Assembly: GCF_009914755.1 (NCBI RefSeq)
Contig: NC_060927.1
Direction: 5' to 3' (one strand)
DNA length: 64,000 bases
From: the human T2T-CHM13v2.0 reference genome, Homo sapiens
Shown: in pieces, positions 14,310-28,456 of the stretch
Numbering within the stretch: position 1 is the first letter of the stretch
How the letters are laid out: every line of letters starts with the position of its first letter
Made by a program: the position numbers and the translations under genes
Notes under the pieces: generated by a model
What the model was told of the DNA's origin: nothing
The model's input: only the letters and a program-made list of their open reading frames with translations
Database searches by the model: none

Positions 14310-15139
14310 GAAATTCAAATTTTCTTTAAGTTACTGTATGTTTCATTCAGCCAGGATGGTAAAATAAACCTTTTTGATGAAGGTTTCAAAAAATATTAAA
14401 TTTCTTGACTTCTTGTTGATAGTGGTTATTTTTGTCTCTTGCGATTTTTTGTTGTTTTTGCTCAGTGGTTCAACGTGGCAGAGACATATGAATAACACTG
14501 GTATATATGACAGTGTCACACATACCCCCTTGCTAACTTGCGTGAGTTGACTATTTTTACACCATCATCACCTTTGTAACACAGTCCCTTTGTCTTTCGG
14601 CAGGGGATTTATTGATATTTAGGTAAAGAATGATTGTTGGCTGACTTCAACTATTTACCATCCTCCTCCCTAAAACTATTCCTAATCATATAACATGGCC
14701 TATATAATTTTCCACCCAAATTTATTTCTACTGCTGGCAAAAGAAAAAAAAAATAGGAAACAGGTTTGGGCGGGGGGGTACTTCTTTAACAAGAAGAGAT
14801 GTTCAAAGCCAATATGAGTTCTGTAATAACAGCTAATTTCATAGTGGTGATAATAGATTGTTATTTTTATAATAATTACAGTACATCATTATCTAGGCTT
14901 CAAATGGAAAATTTGAGGATTTAATTATAGGGTGACTTATTTGTTTTTATGTTCTTTTCTACATTATTTGTATTTGAATGCTTGTGTCTAGATATCCAGC
15001 TTATTCCACAAAGGAAGAAAACCTTTTATCCTACGCAAGGAAAATATGGTGATTTAAAAAATGACTTAATGATGTTTCGAGGTTAATGCTATTAAGTAAC
15101 ATTAGTGTTTCTCAAAAGCTTGCTTGCTATAAGCCCATG

Positions 15140-15350
15140 AGCTACAGAGTGAAAACACTCTCAGGTATGAATTCTGGCTCTGCCCCTTCCCAGCTTTATA
15201 GCCTTGAATGAGGATGTAAGTCCTCTGAGCCTCCCTTTCTGATCTGAACCCGGGTGATAGTAATGGTACCCATCTACCCGTCTCTTATGCTGTGCAGGAA
15301 TTAAGTGAGATGCTGTGTATAAGCCACTGTGTACAGAACCCACTACTAGT
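15140..15350 (+). mobile_element. MIR
   Basis: gaattctggctctgcc...ctctgagcctc...ggaattaagtgagatg core. Confidence 0.7.
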
Positions 15351-15640
15351 TACTATACTAAAAAGATGGTACTTTGTGTCAGGCCAAATGGAAGTTTCTA
15401 AATAATTCTTGCTGCTGGTTCAAAAGGTAAAAAAAGTGTTGTTTTTGTTTTTTAATTTACCTTGCAGAAGGAATTCTGTTAGCTGTTGAGGCTCTGGTTC
15501 TAATTCTGTTTCAGATGAGGTTAATTATTGATTACAATAGCACTATGAAGTGTGGAATTCCTTTCTGTCTACAGAGGGCAAGCAAAGGTCATTTTCTAGG
15601 AATAGATTGAGAAAATTCAAAGTCCATAACAATATTTTGC

Positions 15641-15803
15641 TTTTATTTATTTATTTAGAGATGGAGTCTCCCTCTGTTGCCCAGGCTGGAGTGCAGTGGC
15701 ACAATCTCGGCTGACTGCAACCTTAGCCTCCTGGCTCCAAGAGATTCTCCTGCCTCAGCCTCCTGAGTAGCTGGGATTACAGGCATGAGCCACTGCATCC
15801 GGC
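15641..15803 (-). mobile_element. Monomeric Alu (right-arm body)
   Basis: One antisense arm with a (TTTA)n tail. Confidence 0.88.
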
Positions 15804-18800
15804 TTGCCTCATTCTAAAAAAGAAAGAGTCAGAGGGTTCTTAAAACATTATAGTGAGGGCACTAATGAAAAATCATGAAGACTGCCTCCTGATCCTACCC
15901 CCAAACCCCAGCTCTGACTGTAACTTTTTGATTTGAAGGAAAATTGTGGGGAAAGAAGGCAGCCTCTTTTTCTTATTCAACACATGAAGCTTAAATAGCA
16001 CAGGGTGTTCATACAGTTCACGTCTTCTCCTGATAACTGACAGGATCCCAGAGTTCAGGGACCCAAAGGGTTTCTTTCTCCTTTCTCATGTTTAGCATCA
16101 GCATCTCAAAGAGAGAAACCAAGCTGTGGACCTTATCCTGGAAAAGAATTAAAGCCACAAGATAGGTGGGAGTGAAGGGGAATTGCTTTTGATCCTCCTT
16201 GGGGAAAAAAAGTGCTGCTTTTACTTCCAAATGCATCCTGTAAGCTTCCTCCTTCAGTATTCATTTGAGTTGTCTATGAACTGCCAGTTCATTTGTTTGC
16301 AGTACCAGCCTCCCTGCTGTTGCAGAGATGTGAGAATAAGATGATTATTTATAGGCTTCTTAATGCCTGTTTTGCTGGACCGAAGAGGTAAATTTCTAGA
16401 ACTCGGGCAAACTGGCAAAGCTCTTGCTCTATAATTGAGGAGGCTGAAGGCAGAAAGAACAAGAAGGGGAGAGCTATTTACATACATCTCATTATATCTC
16501 CTTGGCAAAGAATCCTCAGTCCTGGCTCTGTGAGAAGAATTGCTGCTCAGTTCCATGCAGGAAATTTCAACTAAATCTCAACATTTGGTCCAAAGAGGTC
16601 CTCTTCTCTGTCTTGCTGCAATTGTTAAGTAAGCAGCACTGTGGGGTTTTGAGATAACAGAGTCCCATCCCTCATTTTGCAGAAGAAATAGCAATTCATA
16701 GACAGGAGGAAGCTTAATGGATGTGGTCCGAAGTCCATAGCAAAAAGCTCCAGCCAGCAGGAGAAAGATTGGAGGTGGGGAGTGGAATTTCTTCCTTCCC
16801 CCAGCCAAGCCTAGCTGCACACATACAGCTCAAGCTCTCAGCCCCTGCCAAGGTTGGCAAATATCTTGAATATTGTCCCTGCCTTCTCCTACCTCTTATT
16901 CCTTTGGAATTGAACAAGTTCTTAACAGGACATTTTGACCAACATTTGGGGGGAAAAAATGGAACATTCAATCCTGAAGGGTAGTCCATTTACCTGAGCA
17001 AACCATGCTTTAAACCAAGGCACCAAATCAGTGAATGGCAGCTGGCTTGTTCTGAATAGTATACAGATATTTTATCCAGAATGACTATGAAGTTAGTCTT
17101 CCAAACTGGTACATGTTTGAGAGTGAAGGGGGAAACCAGTAATAATCAAGCCAAGACACAGGTAAAAACAGGACCGTCCATGGCAAAAAGGGACATGTGG
17201 TCATTCTACTTATGTTCCATGAATCTAATTGCTCAGGCCAAGGACTGGTTAGGGGAGAAGGGATAGGGAAAGTTCTCAGAAGGAAAGAGAGGGCCACTTT
17301 GGGTGGGTTTAGAGCAGTACCCGGCAAAGAGCATTTGTTCAATAAACAGACTCATGGAAGGACTCTGGGTAGAAGATGTGTGTTTGCTTAGCTCTGCCCC
17401 TTTCTAGTGGGGCAAGTCAATCCCTTCACCTCTGTCAGCGTCAGTTTCCTCATTTGTCCAGTGAGGGGAACAAACATGGCTCCCTTCACAAGGCTGTTGT
17501 TAGCCATCAGAAATCCTCAGTGCTGAACCTAGATGGGACTCCACCCAGCCTGCAGTTTGCACCCCATGGCTCTTTTGCAGGAATACGCTTTCACAAGGAA
17601 TTAAGTTGACTGAAACCACCCATTATGGTTGGCCATGCCAGTCAAAATAAGCAAAACCCATTTCAGTAAATTTACAGAAATTATAAGATGACAATAAGGC
17701 CCAGATCATTAAAAATTAGAGTGTTTTCTGAGACCAGCTGTATGCATAACATCTAATTCTTTTTGAAACCTTTCCATAAGGCAAGGACCAGGGCTAAGTA
17801 TGTAGCATTTATGATCCCATTTCATCCTCACCACAGGACAATGGAGTTTTTCACATCAGGCACATCCCTGGTTCAGGCTGAACTCACCATCCCTGTTGAA
17901 CCATAGGGTCTCTCTGGAATGTCCTGCTTCCAGCTCCCCGCCTGGCTAACAATCTCACCGCCACATCATTGCTCACATTTCCCCTTTGCAATGAGCTCCT
18001 ACTCTTACTGAATACCGCAAACCACTCCTCTGCCCTCCAGCATCTCCTTAGCCTGCTTTGTGTTATATTCTATAGCACTTTCCATTGTAACATACTATAT
18101 CCTTTTTTTTTTTTTTTTTTTTTTTTGCTTTACATCTTTCTCCCCTCTTACTCTACCTAACTGTAAATGCTTTTAGGACAAGCACTCAATAAATGGCATC
18201 ATTTATGACTAGTATTATTAATTTTTTAAAAGCCTCTCTACTAGTCTTCAGAAAATGTATAATTCTGATGTTGAGATCCAGGTAAGAATATTGTGTTCAG
18301 ATGTGGTCCAGGGTCAGATACTTGTGAAATCCACAAAGTAACAGATCTGAGAAGCCATTGGATTTCTCTGAGGAAGGTCTGTTTCTGAGGGTCATGTCTA
18401 CTCTTGCCTAGCACTTTAGGCTATCTCAAAGTCCAGTCCCCAGAACCAGCCTTCCTCTAACCCCTGCCCCTCAAGTCTCTCCATGGCCACCAGATGTAAA
18501 CAGGTTAATGTGCTCATATTACATGGCTGGTTAGTCTCATTAAACCAAGGGTTTTGAGTCCACAAGCTAAAATTCCTGAAGCAGCAGGATGTAAAATGAG
18601 ATGAGTACTGAATATTAAGTGGATGGTGCATGTTCCAAAGAAAGGCATTCAAATTTGAATTTACAGACTGCATTGGCCAAATAAAACCTGCCTGAGAGCA
18701 GGGCTTTCACAAATACTGACTCCTTTGAGCGTCACCTTGATTCTGTGGAGTAGACAGGGTAGGTAAAGTTACACCCATTTTACAGATGTAGAAAGAAACA

Positions 18801-19489
18801 GGACAAATAATTCACCTAAAAGATGGGGCCAGGGTTCTAAGACCAGTGCTGCTTCCAAATCCTGCTGGCACCCCTGCTACTCCCTTGCCCCCTTCCTTAA
18901 ATCATCTTGATGTGACAGCACTTTTGCCTTCTCTCATTTTTTGCCAGAAAACTTATAATCATGCCCTAATGCTGATAGCTAATAGCTGTCCTACCTTAGG
19001 TTCCTCTTCAAATTCTCCCCTCACTTCCTCTATATTGCTGATTTCTGGTCTCTTTCTCTGAGCTCATAGAGTCTTATGGCAAGCCCCTTCAAAACAGCTT
19101 TGAAAAAGACCTTTGCGCAAGTAGAGAGGGTTCATAAATAAGTTGCAAGGTAATTGATACTGTGAAAATGCCACAGAACCTGGACATGAGTTTGTCCTTT
19201 CAGTAAACTTGTCTCCTCAACATAACAATGACAAAGCACAGTGTAACTAGCCTCATCTGTCACTCCCACTTCTGTTGGGTGACATCTTTAGCCCCTGTGC
19301 TATCTCTATAATTAAAGCATCACCCACTCCAGTCACCATTCTACCTTACTTTGTCTTTTGTTTATAAATGAATGGCCCTAGAAACTCCTCAAATGGAGGG
19401 AATCAGAAGCTGTCCTTCCTGGATTTGTTACTACTGCTGCACTGTTTCATAAAGAACACTTCTATTTTATTACTTTGACTGTTTCCAGT

Positions 19490-19710
19490 CCAGTGAAGAG
19501 CTTAAGACATAGGCTTTGGAACTAGGAAGCTCTGGGTTTGAAGCCCAGCTTCTCCACTAATCAGCTCTGTGAACTTCTAAATCTATGGGTCTATCTGAAA
19601 AAATGAGAATCACCTGAGGTTGATATCACAGCACTGAAATTAGCTACTCTATAAAGTACATTATACAAAGCACAGTGTCTTATACATAGTAAATGTTAAG
19701 CATAGTAGCC
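19490..19710 (+). mobile_element. MIR
   Basis: ggctttggaactagg...tgggtttgaagcccagc...catagtaaatgtt. Confidence 0.65.
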
Positions 19711-20369
19711 ACAAATTTTTGTTCTTACGAAATACTATCCATAACTTAACTCCCAATTCTGTATTAGGAAATAATTGCTTGGGGTGGCCCACACATATAT
19801 TTTACTTCTGATCAGCTCTACTACCTAAGAAGACTGGAAATTTACCCTTTTTTCTTACCTTCCTCTCTTCCCTTTCCCTCTTACACTGGGAAGTCAATGC
19901 ACTTACATGAGGACTCTCTTAACGGTGTCCTCAATTGTCCGTGGTTCTAGTTCTGTGAACAGACCCATTTTAACAAGAGAAGTCAGCTAAGTACAAGCCC
20001 AGCTCAGGCCTGGTTGTGACCTGCCAACCACAGGGACATCTGTGGTGGGTTATTTCAAAGAAAAGTAGAAAAACAGGTAAATTGATGTCAAAATTCCACC
20101 AGGAAATGGAATTTGCTTTACCTTGTTGTCAAAGGCCTAAATGAGATGTATAGTTGAATTTGTGGCAGAAGAGAAAACAATTTCTTGCAAAATCTTCAAA
20201 GCTAGAAAGAGCAACTTTGTATTGGCCATCAAGCTAGCCATGTCTAACAACCCAAGGTTCAAAGTTATCAACTCTTCACCCAATAACAAGATGAAGCATG
20301 TGGCTCTATCCTTTAGGATGGCTATGGAGGATTAGAGTTATAAAACCCATCCCAGAAATGCAAATTAAA

Positions 20370-20470
20370 ACCATGAATCCAAATCATATCTGCAAAGCCC
20401 CTTTTCCCAATAAGGTCACTTTCAAAGATTCAGGATTGAAGTTGAGGGTCACTATTTAATCCACTATACT
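20370..20470 (-). mobile_element. MLT1 (MaLR LTR) fragment
   Basis: atctgcaaagccccttttcccaataaggtcac resembles the reverse complement of the MLT1 5' end. Confidence 0.5.
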
Positions 20471-21129
20471 GGCCAGCCTCCAAATGACTTCTTGGTTTGA
20501 GAATGCACTTATATGCCTTGGAGGTATCTTTGCAAAAGTGCATTGCCCATAGAGAGGGATCTGAGGGTGAGGCATCTATCTCCCTTACTACCACCTTCAC
20601 ATAGGTTTGTCAAATGTCATGGCTCCTAGACGCTGAGGGTTTCATAACAGGAAAGAAACCCCCTATGATCTTCTGCTTCCCCAGAGCACCATTTGGCTTC
20701 TAACTGGAGAAAAAACTTCTCACCCTGAATGGAAATCTGTTTACCCATGCACTTTTCAGGAATTTTGGACGTGTGGAAAAACCCAAAATAAATGCATCCA
20801 TTTTCATAATTTCTTTATGAAGGAACCATGTGTAAGAAAGATCTAGGTCCTACCACTTACATGCTATGTGATCATATTCACATAATACAAAGAACCTCAG
20901 CATCCCAACCCATAAAATGAGAATAATGATGTTATTTCAGGAGATTAAGAGTAATAATAAATGTAAATGCATCTGGCACTGTGCTTGGCATATAATAGCA
21001 ACTTGAAGAGAGATCTTTTGGGGGTTCTGTCTAGTGCATGGGTATGTATCTTTACTTCAGATGTTCTTTCTATCCTGTCCATAAATCAAAACCTGTGGGT
21101 GAGTGTGTGTGGTTAAATGTGCATTTCCT

Positions 21130-21563
<434 letters not shown>

Positions 21564-24500
21564 TTAAAGTCTCTCTGGGAACATCAGCATTCATTTGTAC
21601 CTGAGTCAAGATACTCGATGGCCCCACTTAAAAGTGTCAATTACCACCTACCTCAGGAATGTCACTTGAAAAGTGAAGCACTTTTTAAAATATGGTCAAA
21701 GAGAGGTTCTAGAAAAACAAATAAAATAATTGGAGTTTTCACACTGTGCCTTTAAATATCAGGATATTTTTATCAACTGAAGTATGAGATCCTAAAATGG
21801 TCATAATTCCTTAGCAATGGGGGAGGTAAGTGAATTCACATTGACGATTGCCACTTGAACACTTATGCTACTGAAAACATAGTATTTACTTTGAGTGAAG
21901 TACAAACATATTTTTAAATCAACAGAGGAAAATCTACAGTGTTTTTCTACACACTCATATGACTAATAACTAGAAAATGAGTGCCAAGAGAATGGCAAGT
22001 TTGTGCCTAGGAAAGAAAAGCCAATTTTCCACAATCCCGATGTTCTTCAGCAGAAATGATGACCTGAGTATTGTTGCAGAACCCAAAATACCCTTGTTGT
22101 AGTGGTGGTGTTATTCTAGAGTTCCTGCCTTCTAATATCATTGTCATTCCCCAAGTGAGAAAAAAATGTTAAGTAGAAACAGTCTAAATTGGGGAAAAAT
22201 AAAAAGATAAATGGTAATTATTTGAGTCATGCCTGTCATGCCATAACACGCTGGTTAGAAACCAAAGGAAATTGTATTATCAGATACAAACCCTGATATG
22301 AACATCTGGACAGGGTTCACGTGTGATGTGCATGTGTTACTATTTACCCAATCCAATTAATTCAACCCCAAAAAATGTACTGAAGCAGCTACAACATGTT
22401 ATTGGAAGAGGAGAAAGAGTTTCATTTAATCTTAGTTACCACTGAAGAAGAAAAGAGTTATGAAATATAGCAAAGAGAACAAGAATTCCCTTCTTTTTTT
22501 TTCCAGTAGGAATTTATTTCCATTTTTTAAAAATAAACATTTAGTCCCCATCACTTTGCTAGTCATGAATGTGGAAGGGTTGAGCTCTCAGAACGAATCA
22601 CACGTTTTTGGAGAGCCTCATAGTTAAGTGTAGTGGTGGCTGGGAGGGGAGCAGAAACAGATACATCAATTATGAGTTCTGGAAATGATAATAGAGGGAA
22701 AACCTTACTCTTCCTGGGAAAGTCAAGAAAATGTGACCTTTAGCTGGCTTTTAAGTTTCAGTCCTGGCCAATGAGAGTTGGAGCACTGGTCTCAATATAC
22801 TGACCAGGCTGGCAGCTAAAGGAAACACTCACTTCTCCAGGAATCTCTCTAAGCAATTAAGTGAGGCTTAGAGAGAGCATTCTGCTCCTGGGTATGAGTC
22901 TCCACTCTTACTGAATCACTAAAGACCATAACCATAGATTAATTACTAAACCAGAATTGATAAGAATGAAGAACACTATTGTGAATTATTCCCTCTTTAA
23001 TTCCCAAGTTTAGGTGCATCAAAAGGTATTCCTTATGGCTGCATGGAGGAAGAATGGGGATGTGTGTATACATCCATGTAAACACTCTAAAGTCTAAATG
23101 AATCTTTGAAGCATCAAGTCTTGATGGATATCATGGTTAATTTTATAAGACAAATTCAATACACTGCTAATGAATTTAGAGCATACAGTATTAAAACTCC
23201 AAATAAATGCTCACTGTATAGCTTTTGAGTACAGAATGTTCTAAAAAGTCAGAGAGGGAAAATAGATGATTGCGTGAAACTTGAACCATTTAGTTTTGGG
23301 AAAATGAAAATTGGTTCCATTGCCATTTTTTGGTAGCCTTTCGCCTAGATAAAAGTTGGCAATAATTTTAGTTTGCCTCATCTTATCTTTCCCACTCATG
23401 CAATCTCTGACATTTAATGAAAGCTAGCTGCAGCAAGAATTCCCAGGAGCAAGCATGTACAAAATCCAGTGAAACTGACTCACAGTCAATTTTTAGAGAG
23501 ATAGCTGATGTAAAGCAAGTTAACGATACCCTCTGTGAAAAATGCTGTTTAGGCAATTTAAAGGGATTATTTGGGGGGAATAAAGATTCTGTAAGTAGGA
23601 ATAACATATCTTAGGAAAATCCATACCATTGTTTATAGAATAGTCCACAGAATGTCAAACACCAAATAAAATGAAATCATCAGATAGTGACTATAAATGC
23701 ATGATCTATATTGAATTTGAATCTTTGAACTCTTCCAACAATTTTCCACCCATTTCTTGTTTATATGCTTTTCAGCTTTTTTTACATTTGCAATTCTAAT
23801 TTATAAAAAGATAATAAAACATGAACGTTTTTGAAAGGTGAATACTATCATTTTACATAAATATAATATTGAGAATTTATATACCAAAGATTTCTTTGCA
23901 TTTTTCACAAAGATTTTAAGATTTCTGCAAACCAAAGTTTTAAAATAGTGGAAGCAATTCCTATTTATCAACTCAGTAACTGAATATTCGTTTGTCTGAA
24001 TTGCTCATATTTCTGTTGAGCTGTCTCCCTTCAAGACCTGCTCTGATTTAAGCCAAATGAAATGAACATTAGCTGTAACTTACTGAATCTTGAAAATGTT
24101 CCCCATGAGCAGAAATGAATATTACTGCTTCCATACAATTTGCAGAATACTGGTTTACTCCTGTTTTCAAGGACACTGAGGGATGGGGACACAATGCATC
24201 ATGCAGTACAGGAGATAGCCTGTGAGTTGGAGGGAATGTTATTGTACAGAAATATGGTCTATAGCTATGAGAGATGAGCTACTGGGAAAGAGAAAGAGGC
24301 TTCCATTGGATTAATCTAGTAGGGGCCCAGTGATCATTTAAAGGCATCTCTTTTAACTTCGGTAATGGTCAGACTATTTTAAAGCAATCACATATGTAAA
24401 TCAACAGCACCAAGCCTGACACATAGTAGAATCTCAATAGATATGAATTCTCCTCATAGGTTATAAAATACATCCTGTGTGAAAAGAAAAAGTAATCACC

Positions 24501-25049
24501 CATTGGAAGCCCCATCTGTTCACAGGTAGCACACACCATTATGTAAGTGAGACATCTGGTTTTGTTTAATGTTGATTGAAGGCCTGTAAACAGATTGGTT
24601 CATAGCTTATAAATCTATAAAACTGATCAAACTCTGGCTGGCTCCACAGCAACAAGGTCTCACTGAGATAGGAAGAGAGTGTGGATTTTCAACACGGTAA
24701 GATGTTTTAAAAAGGGTGAGGATTTTGTTTTCCTATTCTAGTCTCTTGGGAGCTCATCCCACATTTCCTTCAGACTAACCCCACCATTAATAGTATAATC
24801 ACTGGGCATTTGGTACTAGGGCTAGGCAAACATTTCCTAGTGGCATATTATTTCTAGTGGTACATTATTTCATGGGAGTGAGGGTTAGGGAAGTAGTAGC
24901 ATCTGCTTTCTAATCTACAGAGAAAACTGAAGTTCTGTTTACCAAGACAGAATAGATGAAAACCAAATAGGTAGATAAAATATAGGATGTAAGCTAAAAA
25001 GCAAAGTATTAAATAAAACCTTATGGTTTAACTTTTCAAAATATATTTT

Positions 25050-26717
25050 GTCTGAATGTATCAGCCCTAGATTATTTCCCAGTTGCAAAGGTAAACTGTA
25101 ATTTTTTTAATGGTGACATCTGGCAGTCACCGCTTTAACCACATGATCAAATTTAGCATCACCAGTAGCAGGGCAGCCTAACAATTGGTGCCTCTTGACA
25201 GGAGATGCATTCACATGCCTATAGTACCACCCATGAAGCTTTCTTGGCAAAAACATCTGACTTGAATTTAATTAGGAAAGAACAAAGGGATGCAGAAGGC
25301 AGGACATTTTATAAGACATTGCATGGGCCTGGGATCTTCCAAAAAGTCAAATGTCTTGAGAAACAACAAAATATTATAGATGTATACATATGAAAAATTA
25401 TAAAATATTTGTGAAATAAATTAAAGTAGACCTAAATAAATAGAGAAATATGCTTTGTTGATGGTTTGGAAGATTCAATATTGTTAAGATATCAATTCTC
25501 CAAATTATAATATAAATTCAAATCAATACCAATCAAAATCCCAACAGGCTTCTTATAGAAACTGACACACTTTTTCTAAAATTTATACAAAAATACAGAA
25601 AACCTAGCTAAAACAACTCTGAAGAAAATGGAAGGCTAATATAATCTGATTTCAAGAATTATTATAAGGCTCTAGAAATCGGAACAACAGAGTATAAGAA
25701 AAACAGATCATTAGAACTGAGTAGAGTCCAGAACTAAACCCACAAATGTGTGAACAACTGGTCTTGGCAAAGGCAGAAGGGCAATACAATGAATAAGAAT
25801 AGCTTTTTCAACAAATGATTCTAGAGTAATAGTAATATCCAAAATAAACAAACATGCACAGACCCATGCCTAGTGCCATATATAAAAATCAACATAGATT
25901 ATAGATTTAAACATAAAACCTAAACTATAAAACTTCCAGAATAGAAGAAAATCTTCGTGACACTGGGTTAGGCAAATATTTCTTAGGTATCATGCCGAAC
26001 ACACAATTTATACGTGAACAGATTAACTGGACTTCATCGAAATTAGAAACTTCTGTTTTTCAAAAGATAGTGTTAAGTGAATGAAAAGACAAGATACAGA
26101 CTAGGAGAAAATTTTTTGCGAAGCATGTGTCTGATAAAGGGCCTATATTTGAATCAAAAAACCCTCAAATTTTAGCAAGAGGCCAACAACGCAGTAAAAA
26201 ACAACTGGGCAAAAATATTTGAACAGATATGTCACCAAAGAAGATACCACAAATAGCAACAGGGAATTTTCTCAACATCACCAGTCGTTAGAAAAACAAA
26301 AATTAAAACCACAATTGAATTTTCCTGCACACCTATTAGAAAGGCTGAAGTTAAAAAAGATTGACCATATCAAATGTTAGAAGGGATTTGGAGGAACTGA
26401 AACTCTCATACACTGCTGATAAGAATATAAAATGCTGGCCGGGCGCGGTGGCTCACGCCTGTAATCCCAGCACTTTGGGACGCCATGGCAGGCAGATCAC
26501 GAGGTCAGGAGATCCAGACCATCCTGGCTTACACGGTGAAACCCCGTCTCTACTAAAAATACAAAAAATTAGCCGGGCGTCGTGGCGGGCGCCTGTGGTC
26601 CCAGCTACTCCGAAGGCTGAGGCAGAAGAATGGGGTGAACTCGGGAGGCAGAGCTGGCAGTGAGCCGAGATCGTGCCACTGCACTCCAGCCTGGGCCACA
26701 GAGCGAGGTCTCCGTCT

Positions 26718-26754
<37 letters not shown>

Positions 26755-27765
26755 TAAAATGCTACTATCAGTTTGGAAAATACTTTGGCAATTTTTTAAC
26801 AAGTTCAGCATATACCTACCACATGATCCAGCCATTCCTCTCCAAAGTATTTATCCCCCCCAATGAAAAATATGTATATAGTCCTACACATGAATATTAG
26901 TGACAGTAGTTGCCAAAACTGGAAGCAACCCAAATGTCTGTAACAGATGAAAGGAAAAACAAATCATAGTATATCCTTGCAATGGAAAACTACCCAGCAA
27001 TAGAAATTAATGAAATATTGATACATGCAATAATATGGTTGAATGTCAGAATAATTATGCTGAATGAAAGATGCGAGACAAAAAATAGTAGTTATCATAG
27101 AATTTTATTTATATAAAACTCTAGAAAACAGAAAAGAATTTGCAGTGAGCAAAAGCGAATTATGGGGGAGGTTGAAAGGAGTGAGGGAGAAATACAAAGA
27201 GGAATAAGGAACTTTTGGAGGTGATGCTGATAACTATCTTGACTATAGTGATTTCTCTGGTGTACATCTGTCAAAATGTATCAGATTCTAGTCTTTAAAT
27301 ATGCACAGTTTATTGAGCATGCTTCAACAAATCTGTTTAAAAACCAAAGGCAGGGAGAGTGTTCTAAATTATAAGTCTGATAAGACATAACCGAATGCAA
27401 TGTATGAACCTTGATTGTATTTTGGATTGAGGAAAAATCATATGAGACATTTTTGGGACAAATGGAGAAATTTGACTTTGTATCATATGTTAGATGATAG
27501 AAATTACTGTTAAATTTCTTAGGTGTGACAATGATACTGTGGTTATGCACAAGTGTCTATTTCTTAGGTGACGCTTACAGAAATAAAGTGCGAAGTATTA
27601 TAATGTACATGACTTTTAAATAGTTTAGCAAAAAGCGTAAAGAGAAAACAATAAGCAGGAAATGAACAGATGGTGAATCTGCATGCAGAGTGTACAGATG
27701 TTCTTTGTCCTATGTCAAATTTTCTGAAAAATTTTTAAGTATTCAAAATAAAAATTTGGGGAAAA
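25050..27765 (+). mobile_element. Nested old L1M block: L1MC/ME-type 3' UTR interrupted by a decayed L1 ORF2-3' UTR segment (~25390-27340)
   Basis: ORF2-derived text (ggaagattcaatattgttaagat, tttttcaacaaatg, aaaactggaagcaacccaaatgtc) flanked by collinear older 3' UTR pieces; no intact ORF. Confidence 0.8.
26437..26752 (+). mobile_element. AluY-family element inserted in L1
   Basis: CpG-rich dimer, pure A tail of more than 30 nt, TSD aa(g/a)aat(a/g)taaaatgct. Confidence 0.95.
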
Positions 27766-28049
27766 TATATGTATTGTATATGCTTACATGTATCTAGGCA
27801 CAAAAAGTAAGATGGGGATGTTTCAATTCATAGTCATAGGAATGCAGAAACAAGTTCTGGGGAGAGGATGTGTCTTTTCTGAGAGATGCTGATGTGACTT
27901 AGTACTTGCTATAAATGTTGTAGGGTGCTCAGGTGATCATTGAGGTAAGTGCTTGGAAGAGGAGTTATAGAATAAATTACATTTAGAATAGTCTTGATTT
28001 TAATTGGAACTGAGATGCCCATGAGGGTTCTAAGTGATACTCTGATTAT

Positions 28050-28456
28050 GGCTGAACTCCCAGGGAACACAAGTGCAGGAGGTGTATTTGGAAACGCCCT
28101 TAGTATCAGCACCAGTGGGCAGAAGGGAGAGAATCAGGATTGGGCTGATGGAGAAGTTGGGCTGGGATGCAGACTCAACTGGTCTCAGCTGGCATCGCTC
28201 AGGGAGCTCAGAAGCTGCCTTATGGAGCTGTCCCACTTGGCACAAGGAACTGGGCCTTTATCTACCAGTATATCCTAGTCATTATTTGCAGGATGCCCAG
28301 GGGAAGGGGGCATAAACGTAAGCAAGCTAAATCTCTTTAGTCAAGGCAATTCCCAAAGAGAGCTGTCAGCTGGTGAACTTTCCAGCATCTGCACCAATAG
28401 ATCCCTCGGTCCTCAAGGTGGAATGCCTCTGGAGGGTGCAGCACAACATTCATAAC
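28050..28456 (-). mobile_element. ERVL solo LTR (LTR16-like)
   Basis: aggattgggctgatggagaagttgggctgggatgcag...gggagctc...aaggcaattccc pattern. Confidence 0.6.

Noticed and set aside
24832-24870. Short imperfect tandem duplications (also near 2920, 41133, 46803, 50280, 54523)
   Set aside because: Ordinary slippage products with no higher-order pattern.
25390-27340. L1 ORF2 as a coding gene
   Set aside because: Heavily decayed with many stops and frameshifts.
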